The notes beneath the pieces are model-generated. The model worked only from the letters and a program-made list of their open reading frames with translations. It was not told the origin of the DNA and did not search any database. This document shows, in pieces, positions 8,207 through 17,243 of a stretch of DNA of 32,481 nt. Source of the stretch: Chlamydiota bacterium (GTDB taxonomy: Bacteria > Chlamydiota > Chlamydiia > Chlamydiales > JAJFMI01); NCBI GenBank assembly GCA_021772235.1, contig JAJFMI010000007.1, positions 1 through 32,481 of the forward strand, read 5' to 3'. A program made the translations under genes and the position numbers. Within the stretch, counting starts at the first letter, position 1. Each line of letters starts with the position of its first letter.

Positions 8207-9619
8207 CTATTTCATTGTTAGGAGAAACTCAGCGTTGCTAGATGTTTTTTTCAATCTTCCACGAAGAAGTTTCATCGCATCAACAGGGGAAATATCGCCA
8301 AATGCTTGGCGCAATTCGTAAATTTTATCCATCTCTTCTGGGTGGTAGAGAAGATCTTCTTTACGCGTGCCACTTTTCGGAATGTTGATCGCTGGGAAGA
8401 TGCGCAGTTCTGCAAGTCGTCTTTCGAGCACAAGTTCCATGTTTCCTGTACCTTTAAACTCTTCATAGATGACTTCATCCATTTTTGAGCCGGTATCGAT
8501 CATGGCTGTTGCGATGATTGTGAGGGAACCGCCATTTTCAATGTTGCGGGCAGCACCGAAAAAGCGTTTTGGTTTGTGAAGAGAGTTGGCGTCAACACCA
8601 CCAGAAAGGATTTTTCCAGAGTGCGGTTGTACAGTATTGTAGGCGCGCGCAAGACGTGTCAGGGAGTCGAGGAGAAGAACAACATCTTTCCCGCACTCAA
8701 CCATACGTTTTGCTTTTTCAATCGCCATATCAGCCACTTGTACGTGACGTTCTGGGGGTTCATCAAATGTTGAGGAGACGACTTCCCCTTTTACAGAGCG
8801 TTGCATATCTGTCACTTCTTCGGGGCGTTCATCGATAAGAAGAACCATGAGTTCAATTTCTGGATGATTGACTGCAATAGAGTTGGCGATGCTTTGCATC
8901 AAAATGGTTTTACCAGATTTTGGCGGGGCAACAATCATGGCACGCTGTCCCATTCCAATTGGCGCAACTAAATCAAGTATGCGCATGGAGATCTGATCTT
9001 TTGTTGTCTCCATGATGTAGCGTTTCTCGGGAAAGAGCGGGGTAAGGTTTTCAAAGAGGATGCGTTCACGAGAAAGTTCAGGACTTTTTTCGTTAATGCG
9101 ATCGACTTTATGTAGGGCAAAATACTTCTCTTTCTCTTTTGGAGAGCGGATTGTGCCGTAAATATTGTCACCTTTTTTCAAATCAAATCGGCGGATTTGT
9201 GCAGGGGAGACGTAGATATCTTCAGGTGAAGAGAGGTAGTTAAAATTGGGGGAGCGAAGGAAGCCGAATCCGTCGGGGAGGACTTCTAAAATGCCTTCTG
9301 CAACAAGGATTTCACCATGCTTTTGTGAGAGGCTTTTCACTACTTCGAAAACCATTTGTGGTTTTGTTAACGAGCCAAGATGAGTAAGGCCAAGATTTTT
9401 TGCAAAAGAGCTGAGCTGGTCGATATTCATACGCTGCAAATCCGCAATGCGTGTGATATTAGGTTCTCTTGGTGGTTCTTTTGGTTTTGTCTCTTTCGGT
9501 TGTTCTTTTCGAGGTTCTTTTGGTTTCGACACGGGGATATTTTCCGGCGGTTTCACGATGGGTGGGGGTGTAAGTGCTGGTGGGGGAGAAATTTTGTGGT
9601 TGGAATTTTCTTCGCTCAT
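8207..9619 (-). CDS. rho: Transcription termination factor Rho with a ~58-aa Pro/Lys-rich N-terminal extension
   Basis: 470-aa ORF. Walker A is APPKSGKT. Also present are [28 protein letters not shown], and the RNA-binding region [15 protein letters not shown]. Confidence 0.97.
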   Translation of the reverse strand: MSEENSNHKISPPPALTPPPIVKPPENIPVSKPKEPRKEQPKETKPKEPPREPNITRIADLQRMNIDQLSSFAKNLGLTHLGSLTKPQMVFEVVKSLSQKHGEILVAEGILEVLPDGFGFLRSPNFNYLSSPEDIYVSPAQIRRFDLKKGDNIYGTIRSPKEKEKYFALHKVDRINEKSPELSRERILFENLTPLFPEKRYIMETTKDQISMRILDLVAPIGMGQRAMIVAPPKSGKTILMQSIANSIAVNHPEIELMVLLIDERPEEVTDMQRSVKGEVVSSTFDEPPERHVQVADMAIEKAKRMVECGKDVVLLLDSLTRLARAYNTVQPHSGKILSGGVDANSLHKPKRFFGAARNIENGGSLTIIATAMIDTGSKMDEVIYEEFKGTGNMELVLERRLAELRIFPAINIPKSGTRKEDLLYHPEEMDKIYELRQAFGDISPVDAMKLLRGRLKKTSSNAEFLLTMK

Positions 9620-10203
9620 TTTATACCTAATTCTTCTATCTCAGTTTTTAGTGCGACAAGGTCGCGGTTGTTTTCAATTACGTAATCGGCGCGTTCCGCT
9701 TTTTCTGCTTGAGAAAGCTGGCGTTTCATGCGTTTGTTATATTCCTCTTCTGTCAGGCCAGAGCGGCTTAAACAGAGGGAAGGGTTTGCGGTGATACAAA
9801 GTGTAACATCAAAATGTTTGTCCCAGTTTATCTCAAAAAGGAGGGGGACCTCTGCAACACAAAGTTTATGGTTTTTTTCTGCTTCTTTCATTTCGTTGAG
9901 GAGGTCATGCAAGATTTTCGGGTGGATGAGTTTTTCAAGCTCTTTTAACTTTTTTGGATCTGAAAAAACCACTCTCGCGAGATTTTTGCGTAGCTCTCCT
10001 GAAAAAATTTTCTGCCCAAATGTATCTTTTATTTGTTGTTGAAGTTGGCTGTCCTGATCGAGCAGCCTGTGGGCAATCTTATCGGTATCTATCCGATAGA
10101 ATCCTAGTTCCTCAAATATTGCGGCGGCCGTACTCTTGCCCGAGCCGGGAACACCGGTAATAGCAACCTTCTTAATATTAACACTCTCCCCAATTTTTGC
10201 CAA
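9616..10203 (-). CDS. coaE: Dephospho-CoA kinase
   Basis: 195-aa ORF with P-loop [11 protein letters not shown] and CoaE-like length and layout. It overlaps rho by 4 nt and polA by 26 nt. Confidence 0.9.
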   Translation of the reverse strand: MAKIGESVNIKKVAITGVPGSGKSTAAAIFEELGFYRIDTDKIAHRLLDQDSQLQQQIKDTFGQKIFSGELRKNLARVVFSDPKKLKELEKLIHPKILHDLLNEMKEAEKNHKLCVAEVPLLFEINWDKHFDVTLCITANPSLCLSRSGLTEEEYNKRMKRQLSQAEKAERADYVIENNRDLVALKTEIEELGIK

Positions 10204-12817
10204 CTGAAATATCCACTACGAGGGGGACTTTTAGTTCAATGATCCCTTCCATCGTTGATTTGACCATTTTCTCTAGAGAAGGTAGGTCGGAATCGGCCAC
10301 TTCAAAAATAAGTTCATCATGGATCTGGAGAATCATCTTCTCATTATTTAGCTTCTTATCGATCTCTATCATCGCTAATTTAATGATATCGGCTTGCGCG
10401 CCCTGAAAAGGGGTATTCACGGCAAGTCGCTCTGCCTGAGAGCGAATCATTGGATTGCGATTATCAATATCAGGTATAGGGCGCTGACGGCCAGTCATGG
10501 TGGTTGCCATTTTGGTGGCACGCGCTTCATCTTTACACTCGTCTAAAAATTCGCGGACCTTGGGATATTGCTCAAAATACTTCTTTATAAATGCTGTCGC
10601 TTCTTTGTGGCTAATGTCGAGGCCTTGTGAAAGACCAAAGGCGCCTTGTCCATAAATCAGGCCAAAATTCACTGCTTTGGCTTTGTATCGTTGTTCGCGG
10701 GTTACTTCGGCGAGTGGGATATCAAAAACTTGTGCTGCGGTAAAGGCGTGAATATCATCGCCTGCATTAAATGCTTTGATGAGGGCGGGGTCTTCACTCA
10801 AATGCGCAAGCAAGCGCAATTCAATTTGCGAGTAGTCGGCAGAAAGAAAGCTAAAACCACTTTTTTTTGGATGAAAGGCTTCGCGAATTTTTTTCCCTTC
10901 TTCTGTACGAGTCGGTATGTTTTGCAAATTGGGATCTGTGCAGGAGAGGCGACCTGTTGCAGCAACAGATTGATTAAAACTGCAGTGGATGCGGCCGGTT
11001 TCGTGATTGATTTGTTTCGGGAGGGAGTCGACATAGGTCGAGCGCAGCTTTTCGAGTGTGCGGTACTCGAGAATTTTTTCTACAATCGGATGTTCTACTG
11101 CAAGGGCTTTTAATATTTCTGCTCCTGTGCCAACAGCCGTGCCGCGTTTTTTTGCGGGGCGTTTCATCTCAAGCTTTGTGTAGAGAACGTGGCTGAGTTG
11201 TTTGGGGGAGTTGATGTTAAATTCTTCTCCAGCGGCGCTGTAGATGGCTTCTTCGAGGTGGTGGATTTTTTCAACTAGCTCTTTGGATTTTACATGGAGT
11301 TTTTCGCTATCGAGAAAAATGCCATTGCGTTCCATTTTTGCTAGTACGTGAATGAGGGGTAGTTCGATTTCGTAGAGGATTTTTCCTAAGTTGCGGTGAT
11401 CAATTTCCTCTTCGAAGATCTCTTTTAGTCGGCAGGTGTAATCGACATCTTCGCAGCAGTAATCGGAGACCGTTTGAATCGGCACATCGTGCATGGAGAT
11501 CTCTTTTTTTCCTGTACCGATAAGACTTTTAATCGAGGTTTTGACTTTACCAAAGTGTTCAAGCGAGAGATGATCTAGGCTGTGACGATTTACTTGCGGT
11601 GCCAAAACATATGAAGCGAGCATCGTGTCAAAGCAGATATTTTCAATCTCAATGCCTTCATTTAATAGAACGTGGTAGTCATATTTAAGATTATGACCAA
11701 AGAAACTGCATTTGGAAAAAAGTGGCCGGATAGCATCTAGAACATGTTTTTTGTCTAGAGCGCCATTAACGGGAATGTAAAAAGCTTCTCTGGATTTTAC
11801 AGCAAAACCAATGCCGACGACGCGTGCTGTTAGTGGATGCAATTTTGTCGTCTCGACATCGACGCAAATCTCTTTTTCCAGCAGGAGTTTTTCCACAAGT
11901 TTGTGGAGCTCCTCTTCAGTTGCAATGAGATGATAGGAAGTAGTGCCAGTTGGTTCTTTCACCTCTTGCACTTTCACTTCTTTAAGTAGGGAGTTGAAGC
12001 GCATCTCTTCATAAAGAGTGGTCAGCGCAGCGCTGTCTTCAGTAAAGCGTTCGTATTCATGTTCGTTTGTGGGGATTTCTAAATGGAGATGAAGAGTTGC
12101 GAGTTCCTGACTTAAGAAAGCCTCTTTTTTATACGTGCGCAAATTTTCACCGCGCTTGCCAGGTACCTCGTCAGCATGCTCGTAAACGCCTTCTAAAGTC
12201 TCATATTTGCCAAGTAAATCGGCAGCGGCTTTTGGGCCGAGACCAGCAACACCGGGGATGTTATCGGATTTATCTCCGACGATAGCGAGATAATCAATGA
12301 TCTGTGAAGGATTCACACCGAAAAGTTCTTTCACTTTGTTTTCATCGATAATGAGGTTGCCTTTGTAGCTATTGAGAAGGAAAATATTCTCATTTACCAG
12401 TTGGCAGAGATCTTTATCACTGGAGCAGACGAAACTTTTTGCGCCCTTTTTTTCGGCCCATTTTGCTACACAGCCTATGACATCATCCGCTTCGACACCT
12501 GGAATAGAAAGAGTGGGGATACCAGCAAGTTTGCACCAATTAATCGCCCATTCAAGTTGCGGAACTAAATCTTCGGGCATGCCAACTCGATGCGCTTTGT
12601 AATGTTCGTAGACGGCGATGCGTGCTTTTTTATTTTCCGGACCGTCAAAAACGGCAACGAAGTGACCAGGTTTAAAGTCTTTGAAAAGTTTCTGGACCGT
12701 ACGGATAAAACCGTAGAGGGCATTTGTTGATTCTCCCTTTGCATTGGTCATCTTTCCGATCGCAAAATAGGCTCGGAAAAGCGTGTGGACCGCATCAAGG
12801 ATATAAATATCTTTCAT
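10178..12817 (-). CDS. polA: DNA polymerase I (5'-3' exonuclease, 3'-5' exonuclease and polymerase domains)
   Basis: 879-aa ORF. The exo motif is CVDVETT. Polymerase motifs are A (LSADYSQIELRLLAHLS), B (RYKAKAVNFGLIYG) and C (LQIHDELIFE). Confidence 0.98.
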   Translation of the reverse strand: MKDIYILDAVHTLFRAYFAIGKMTNAKGESTNALYGFIRTVQKLFKDFKPGHFVAVFDGPENKKARIAVYEHYKAHRVGMPEDLVPQLEWAINWCKLAGIPTLSIPGVEADDVIGCVAKWAEKKGAKSFVCSSDKDLCQLVNENIFLLNSYKGNLIIDENKVKELFGVNPSQIIDYLAIVGDKSDNIPGVAGLGPKAAADLLGKYETLEGVYEHADEVPGKRGENLRTYKKEAFLSQELATLHLHLEIPTNEHEYERFTEDSAALTTLYEEMRFNSLLKEVKVQEVKEPTGTTSYHLIATEEELHKLVEKLLLEKEICVDVETTKLHPLTARVVGIGFAVKSREAFYIPVNGALDKKHVLDAIRPLFSKCSFFGHNLKYDYHVLLNEGIEIENICFDTMLASYVLAPQVNRHSLDHLSLEHFGKVKTSIKSLIGTGKKEISMHDVPIQTVSDYCCEDVDYTCRLKEIFEEEIDHRNLGKILYEIELPLIHVLAKMERNGIFLDSEKLHVKSKELVEKIHHLEEAIYSAAGEEFNINSPKQLSHVLYTKLEMKRPAKKRGTAVGTGAEILKALAVEHPIVEKILEYRTLEKLRSTYVDSLPKQINHETGRIHCSFNQSVAATGRLSCTDPNLQNIPTRTEEGKKIREAFHPKKSGFSFLSADYSQIELRLLAHLSEDPALIKAFNAGDDIHAFTAAQVFDIPLAEVTREQRYKAKAVNFGLIYGQGAFGLSQGLDISHKEATAFIKKYFEQYPKVREFLDECKDEARATKMATTMTGRQRPIPDIDNRNPMIRSQAERLAVNTPFQGAQADIIKLAMIEIDKKLNNEKMILQIHDELIFEVADSDLPSLEKMVKSTMEGIIELKVPLVVDISVGKNWGEC

Positions 12818-13812
12818 TGCATTCTGTATTCAAACGAGGGCTCTCCTTGAAACATTTGTTTCAAAATGGAGGAGGGCTTATGGATAAACTCTTGAAAAAT
12901 GGGGCGATCGGGTACCAAGTGAATCACCTGATAGGCGCCATCAATTTTCGCTGCTTTTGTTAGCTCGCTCAGTGCCTGTTCATAACTGCTATCGGCTACA
13001 TCAATATAGCCAAGAGATTGCGCTTTTGGAGCATCAAAGATGCGCGCGCCATATTCATTTTTCAGTTCGCTTTCGGAAATGAGTGGGCGAGATTTAGAAA
13101 CAATAGAAACAAATCGATCGTAGAGATAAGTGATGAGTGGATCTAGTGAGGCAGTTTCATCGGGTTTCCATTGCTGGTAAGATGAGAGAACGACCTTATC
13201 TTTTCCGCGCGTGATTGTTTTTTCTTTTATTCCATACTTTTCCATCACGTCGTAGAAATTGAAATTTGGGCCCATCAAAACACCGACAGAGCCGATTACG
13301 CTTGTTGGGGAGGAGAAAATTTTGTCCGCGCCGCATGCAGCATACATGCCGCCAGATGCGCACAATCCATCGACAAATGCGTAAACGGGCACTTTGTACT
13401 CTTGCTTGTATGCCATCAAATAGCGGTAGATATCATCTGATTGCGTTGCATCGCCGCCAGGTGTATTGATGTGCAGAAAGATCGCTTTGACACGGCCCTT
13501 CTTTAAAGAAAAACCTTGTGAATCATCTAGTTGACGCTTGATATTTTTTGCATTTGTGCCAATTGTGCCGATGGCGCCATCGATGTTGATGCGCAAAACA
13601 ACAGGAGTCGTGCTAGCAAGAGCAACACGGTTGCCATTGGCATCGGGCTCAATATGGATGCGCGTATTTTCTACAACAGCTTGCGAACCTGCAAACATTC
13701 CGTACAAAATAAGCAAAACAAAAAGAGCGACTGCCAAGCCAAAAGTGCCTAGGCAGACACGAAAAAAGGCACGAACGCCAGTAAAAAAGATTGATTCACG
13801 TTGTATTTCCAT
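12814..13812 (-). CDS. sppA: Signal peptide peptidase SppA (36K type)
   Basis: 332-aa ORF with an N-terminal TM segment (LGTFGLAVALFVLLILYGMF). The ClpP/crotonase-like core is INTPGGD....GLCASGGMYAA. It overlaps polA by 4 nt (ATGA). Confidence 0.9.
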   Translation of the reverse strand: MEIQRESIFFTGVRAFFRVCLGTFGLAVALFVLLILYGMFAGSQAVVENTRIHIEPDANGNRVALASTTPVVLRINIDGAIGTIGTNAKNIKRQLDDSQGFSLKKGRVKAIFLHINTPGGDATQSDDIYRYLMAYKQEYKVPVYAFVDGLCASGGMYAACGADKIFSSPTSVIGSVGVLMGPNFNFYDVMEKYGIKEKTITRGKDKVVLSSYQQWKPDETASLDPLITYLYDRFVSIVSKSRPLISESELKNEYGARIFDAPKAQSLGYIDVADSSYEQALSELTKAAKIDGAYQVIHLVPDRPIFQEFIHKPSSILKQMFQGEPSFEYRMQ

Positions 13813-14002
13813 AAACGACCATCTTACTCCCTGGCTATACCTACGTCAAGATAAGGATGCCATTATTACTTGGAATTGATCTGCATCAGCCAAAATTTGT
13901 TTACAGGAATAGGTTCTTATAGGGGTGAACAGGGAATTTAGAGGTTCATCACGTGCTCCATGGTCGTATTTCAAGGTAAACATAGTTTTATTTGGTTGAA
14001 AA

Positions 14003-14947
14003 TCAAGGATGTTCCAAAGGAACGTAGATTTGCGGTGCTTTTAGGGGGCGTTCTTTTTGATGGTCCCAGTGTGGGGTTTTGGCAAAATCACGCCAGAAGT
14101 GCGGGTAGTCTTCGCGTCCATAAAGGCGATTTAATGCCGTTTCGCTATCATGGGGAATCCAGATTTCTATTGGTCCGAAGAGAGCTCGTTTTCGATTTGT
14201 TATCTGTGAATCTGTGTAGTAATCCCCTGGATAATCACGATAAAATTGCTCTGAGCGATGCACGAAGTTTTCCTTTTTTTCAAAAAGGAAAATATCGACA
14301 AAGGGAAAGGTCCATGCCCCATCAATTCTCTTTCCATCGATGGGTGAAAGTTTGTAATAGTCGCTTTCAGCAATATAATGAAGAGTAAACCCTTCGTCGA
14401 AGAGTTCTTTTTTCAATTCAAGTAGGAGGTTTTCATCTACTTCTGAAATATAAATATCAAGATCATCATCCCAGGGGATCAATCCTTTGTGACGTATCGC
14501 TCCAAGAAGGGTGCCGCCTCCAGCCCAATAGGTGAGGTTGTGTTTAGTGAAAAAACTATCAACTTTTTCCATTAGATCATAGAGCTTTTGGGCAGCTTCT
14601 TGGGGCAACTGGGGGATTTCACTTATAGTTTTTGGAAGTTTCTGATGGGTCTTAAGAACGCGACGTGCAGAGAGTTTTTTTGGTGCGTAATATTTATAAC
14701 CAACGCGATTGGCAAGATTATTCAGCTCTTTTTTACTGTAAATGGCATCTTGCAATATTACAATAGGAGTTGGATCTTTGTGGTCAAAGGCTTCAATTTC
14801 TTTTTCAACTTGCGTGAGTGTTTTATTTTTCGTAGAAAGAACAATCCCATTTGTTTCTGCTGCGATTTTTTCTGCGTTTGCGGGAGCGTTAACGAGGAGT
14901 CGGGCTGAGAGGGGCAGAGATAGGATCAGCAGGTATTTTAACATCAT
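14003..14947 (-). CDS. LicD-family nucleotidyl/phosphotransferase-like protein with an N-terminal signal peptide
   Basis: The LicD signature is YWAGGGTLLGAIRHKGLIPWDDDLDIYI. The signal peptide is MMLKYLLILSLPLSARLLVNAPANA-EK. The start is taken at 14947; the ORF track allows 14968. Confidence 0.75.
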   Translation of the reverse strand: MMLKYLLILSLPLSARLLVNAPANAEKIAAETNGIVLSTKNKTLTQVEKEIEAFDHKDPTPIVILQDAIYSKKELNNLANRVGYKYYAPKKLSARRVLKTHQKLPKTISEIPQLPQEAAQKLYDLMEKVDSFFTKHNLTYWAGGGTLLGAIRHKGLIPWDDDLDIYISEVDENLLLELKKELFDEGFTLHYIAESDYYKLSPIDGKRIDGAWTFPFVDIFLFEKKENFVHRSEQFYRDYPGDYYTDSQITNRKRALFGPIEIWIPHDSETALNRLYGREDYPHFWRDFAKTPHWDHQKERPLKAPQIYVPLEHP

Positions 14948-16118
14948 CTTTAAGTTCGTGATCCACAATAGCAGTTACGCAGCTATCTGACCAGACATTT
15001 AATGATGTTTCGACCATATCGAAAAGGGAGTAGAGCGGAAGAATCAAGCCCATCATGCCAAGCGGTACATCCAATCCAACTAGAAGTGCCGATGTAAGGA
15101 AAAAACAGCCCATAGGCACGCCTGCATTTCCGATGGCGGCAAGAGATGAGATGAAAATCCAAAGCAGCAGCATTGGTATCGAAAAGAGTATGCCGTGACT
15201 CATTGCAACGAAAAGTGAGGTGATGAGGATGAAGGCAGCGCAGCCGTTCATATTAATGACAGAGCAGAGTGGGAAAGAGAATCCGGCCACTTTTTGGTCG
15301 ATTTTTGCGCGGGTTTCTGCACATTCAAGGGCGACGGGAAGGGTCGCGCTGGAAGATTTGGAAAAGAATGCGGCGGATAATGCGGGGAACATGCTTTTTC
15401 CAAGACGCATGGGACTGATCCCTTTAGAGCGAAGAATGAGGGGCAAAACGATGAATCCTTGCACGATATTGGCGCCAATTACGCAGATAGCATAGAGAAG
15501 TAGGTTGCGGATTTCTCCTTGATTTTCACGCAGAGAGTGCATGAGAATTTCAGAAAAGGCGAAAATCGCAATTGGAAGTAGTTTGATCGCCCAAGAGGTC
15601 ATTTTCACAAATGCGGCAAAGAGCTCTTGGCAGAGTTTAGTTATCGTCCCTTTTTTATTGGTTTTGATTGCAGCTAAGCTAAAAACGACTGCCATGGCAA
15701 CAATCGCCACTACATTATGGTTTAAGAAAGCGGAGAAGGGGTTTTCCGGTATGAGGTTAAGGAAAAGGGTGTAGATGCTTTCATTTTGCCCGCTTGCAAT
15801 TTGCACTCCTTCTGGAGTGTGAACGGGTCGTATTATGAGAAAGAGGATTAGACCAACTGTTGCAGCGAGAACAGTAGTAAAAAGTGTGTATTTCGTAACT
15901 TTTTTAAAGAGCGTTTTGAGCTTATCAAGGGATTCCACATTAAGAAGTGTCGAAGTAATAGAGAGGTAGATGAGAGGCAAGCTCAAAAGCTTTAAGATTT
16001 TTAAGAACCCATCGCTAATAAAAACGGAAGCATCGTGTATTTGCGGGATCGCGAAATAACCGGCAACAAGACCGAGAATCATTGCTATGGGAGTGGAAAA
16101 AATCTTTTTAAGCGGCAT
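14889..16118 (-). CDS. Dicarboxylate/amino acid:cation symporter (DAACS/SLC1 family)
   Basis: 409-aa polytopic ORF. Family motifs include FSFPLCSVINMNGCAAF (NMDG-like) and AAIGNAGVPMG. The substrate cannot be read from the sequence. Confidence 0.85.
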   Translation of the reverse strand: MPLKKIFSTPIAMILGLVAGYFAIPQIHDASVFISDGFLKILKLLSLPLIYLSITSTLLNVESLDKLKTLFKKVTKYTLFTTVLAATVGLILFLIIRPVHTPEGVQIASGQNESIYTLFLNLIPENPFSAFLNHNVVAIVAMAVVFSLAAIKTNKKGTITKLCQELFAAFVKMTSWAIKLLPIAIFAFSEILMHSLRENQGEIRNLLLYAICVIGANIVQGFIVLPLILRSKGISPMRLGKSMFPALSAAFFSKSSSATLPVALECAETRAKIDQKVAGFSFPLCSVINMNGCAAFILITSLFVAMSHGILFSIPMLLLWIFISSLAAIGNAGVPMGCFFLTSALLVGLDVPLGMMGLILPLYSLFDMVETSLNVWSDSCVTAIVDHELKDDVKIPADPISAPLSPTPR

Positions 16119-16632
16119 GCTTGCTCCTCGATTGACGAATCATTTGGAACAATTCAATGAAGGCGAGGGAGCCAAGCAGAATGAAGAGTGTGTAGAGAAC
16201 TGTTGGGAGCGTTGCGTTTAGCGTGAGTGCGATGAGTGCGCAAAATTGCAGTGTTGTGATGACTTTTCCCCAACGAATTGCGCGGCATCTGTACTCTTTC
16301 CACTGATCTGTCACTTGTAGATAGATGCCAAATATGCAGAGGTAAAAATCTCGCGAGATCATGGCCATCGCTTGCCAAAGATCGATGCGGCCTTCAAAAA
16401 AGAAGATGCTAAGAGCCATAAGAACAAAAAGTTTATCCATAAGAGGATCGAAGACTGCTCCAAAGCGTGATGAAAATTGGTAGCGTCTTGCAATATAGCC
16501 GTCGGCAACGTCTGTAACCATCGCTAAGAAAATGGCAATCAGGCGTGCGGTTTGGCTTTCCATCAGGAAAAGGAGGGCGAGTGGACCACGTAAAAATGTG
16601 ATCATATTGGAGTAATTTAGACGGTTTTTCAC
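16108..16632 (-). CDS. pgsA: CDP-alcohol phosphatidyltransferase, PgsA-like
   Basis: 174-aa ORF with the motif DVADGYIARRYQFSSRFGAVFDPLMDKL, which fits D-x2-DG-x2-AR-x8-G-x3-D-x3-D. Confidence 0.8.
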   Translation of the reverse strand: MKNRLNYSNMITFLRGPLALLFLMESQTARLIAIFLAMVTDVADGYIARRYQFSSRFGAVFDPLMDKLFVLMALSIFFFEGRIDLWQAMAMISRDFYLCIFGIYLQVTDQWKEYRCRAIRWGKVITTLQFCALIALTLNATLPTVLYTLFILLGSLAFIELFQMIRQSRSKHAA

Positions 16633-17243
16633 GGGGAGTGTTTTTTCCTCCGCTTATACCAAAAAAAACTAATTCCCGTCAGCCCAAATAGTGTAAAAAT
16701 TATTATGTTAAACTTTTTTATTACTCCTGTAAGCACTTCGATGTTACTTCCAATGGTGAAATAAATGGGAAAAAAGACGGCAGCCCAGATAGTGCAAGCG
16801 ACGGCGTCACGCAGAGCAAATCGTTTAAAGGGGAGTCGTGACATACCTGAACTCATAAAAAGACAGTTGCGTACGCCAAAGGGGATAAAACGCCCAACAA
16901 CTTGTGTCCAAAATCCATATTTTTCGTAGAACGAGCGTACTTTTGCAATATTTTCATCGGATAGAGGTTTGCGAAAGAGGCGCATTTTTTTTAAGGACGA
17001 TCCAGCGAGGCGGCCGATCCAATAGGAGATCCAGGCGGCTAAAATGCAGCCGATCAAAACGGAGCCAAAGAGAAGGTAGGTGTATTCAGGGATAGTGGTA
17101 GCGGCGAGCACAGCGCTCAATGCGAGCAAAATATCAATGCTGATTGGCACATTCATTCCAGCGAGAAGAGAAGCAGAAAAAACTACCCATGGCGCGTGTC
17201 GCGCATGCTCTGTAATAAATGTGATCAACCCTTCCATTTTCAA
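16629..17243 (-). CDS. dedA: DedA-family inner membrane protein
   Basis: 204-aa polytopic ORF with DedA-like YGFWTQVVGRFIPFGVRNCLFMSSGMSRLPFKRF. It overlaps its neighbours by 4 nt on each side. Confidence 0.85.
   Translation of the reverse strand: MKMEGLITFITEHARHAPWVVFSASLLAGMNVPISIDILLALSAVLAATTIPEYTYLLFGSVLIGCILAAWISYWIGRLAGSSLKKMRLFRKPLSDENIAKVRSFYEKYGFWTQVVGRFIPFGVRNCLFMSSGMSRLPFKRFALRDAVACTIWAAVFFPIYFTIGSNIEVLTGVIKKFNIIIFTLFGLTGISFFWYKRRKKHSP

Noticed and set aside
10646-11113. 155-aa plus-strand ORF, and many similar 60-150-aa ORFs antisense to polA, rho, ntt, pgk, argS, the cca-like gene and others
   Set aside because: All are embedded opposite strongly supported conserved genes. 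They have no motifs or plausible RBS and are typical shadow ORFs.
13960-14388. 142-aa plus-strand ORF in and beyond the sppA-licD spacer
   Set aside because: Most of it is antisense to the LicD-family gene, which has clear family motifs. It has no recognisable features of its own.
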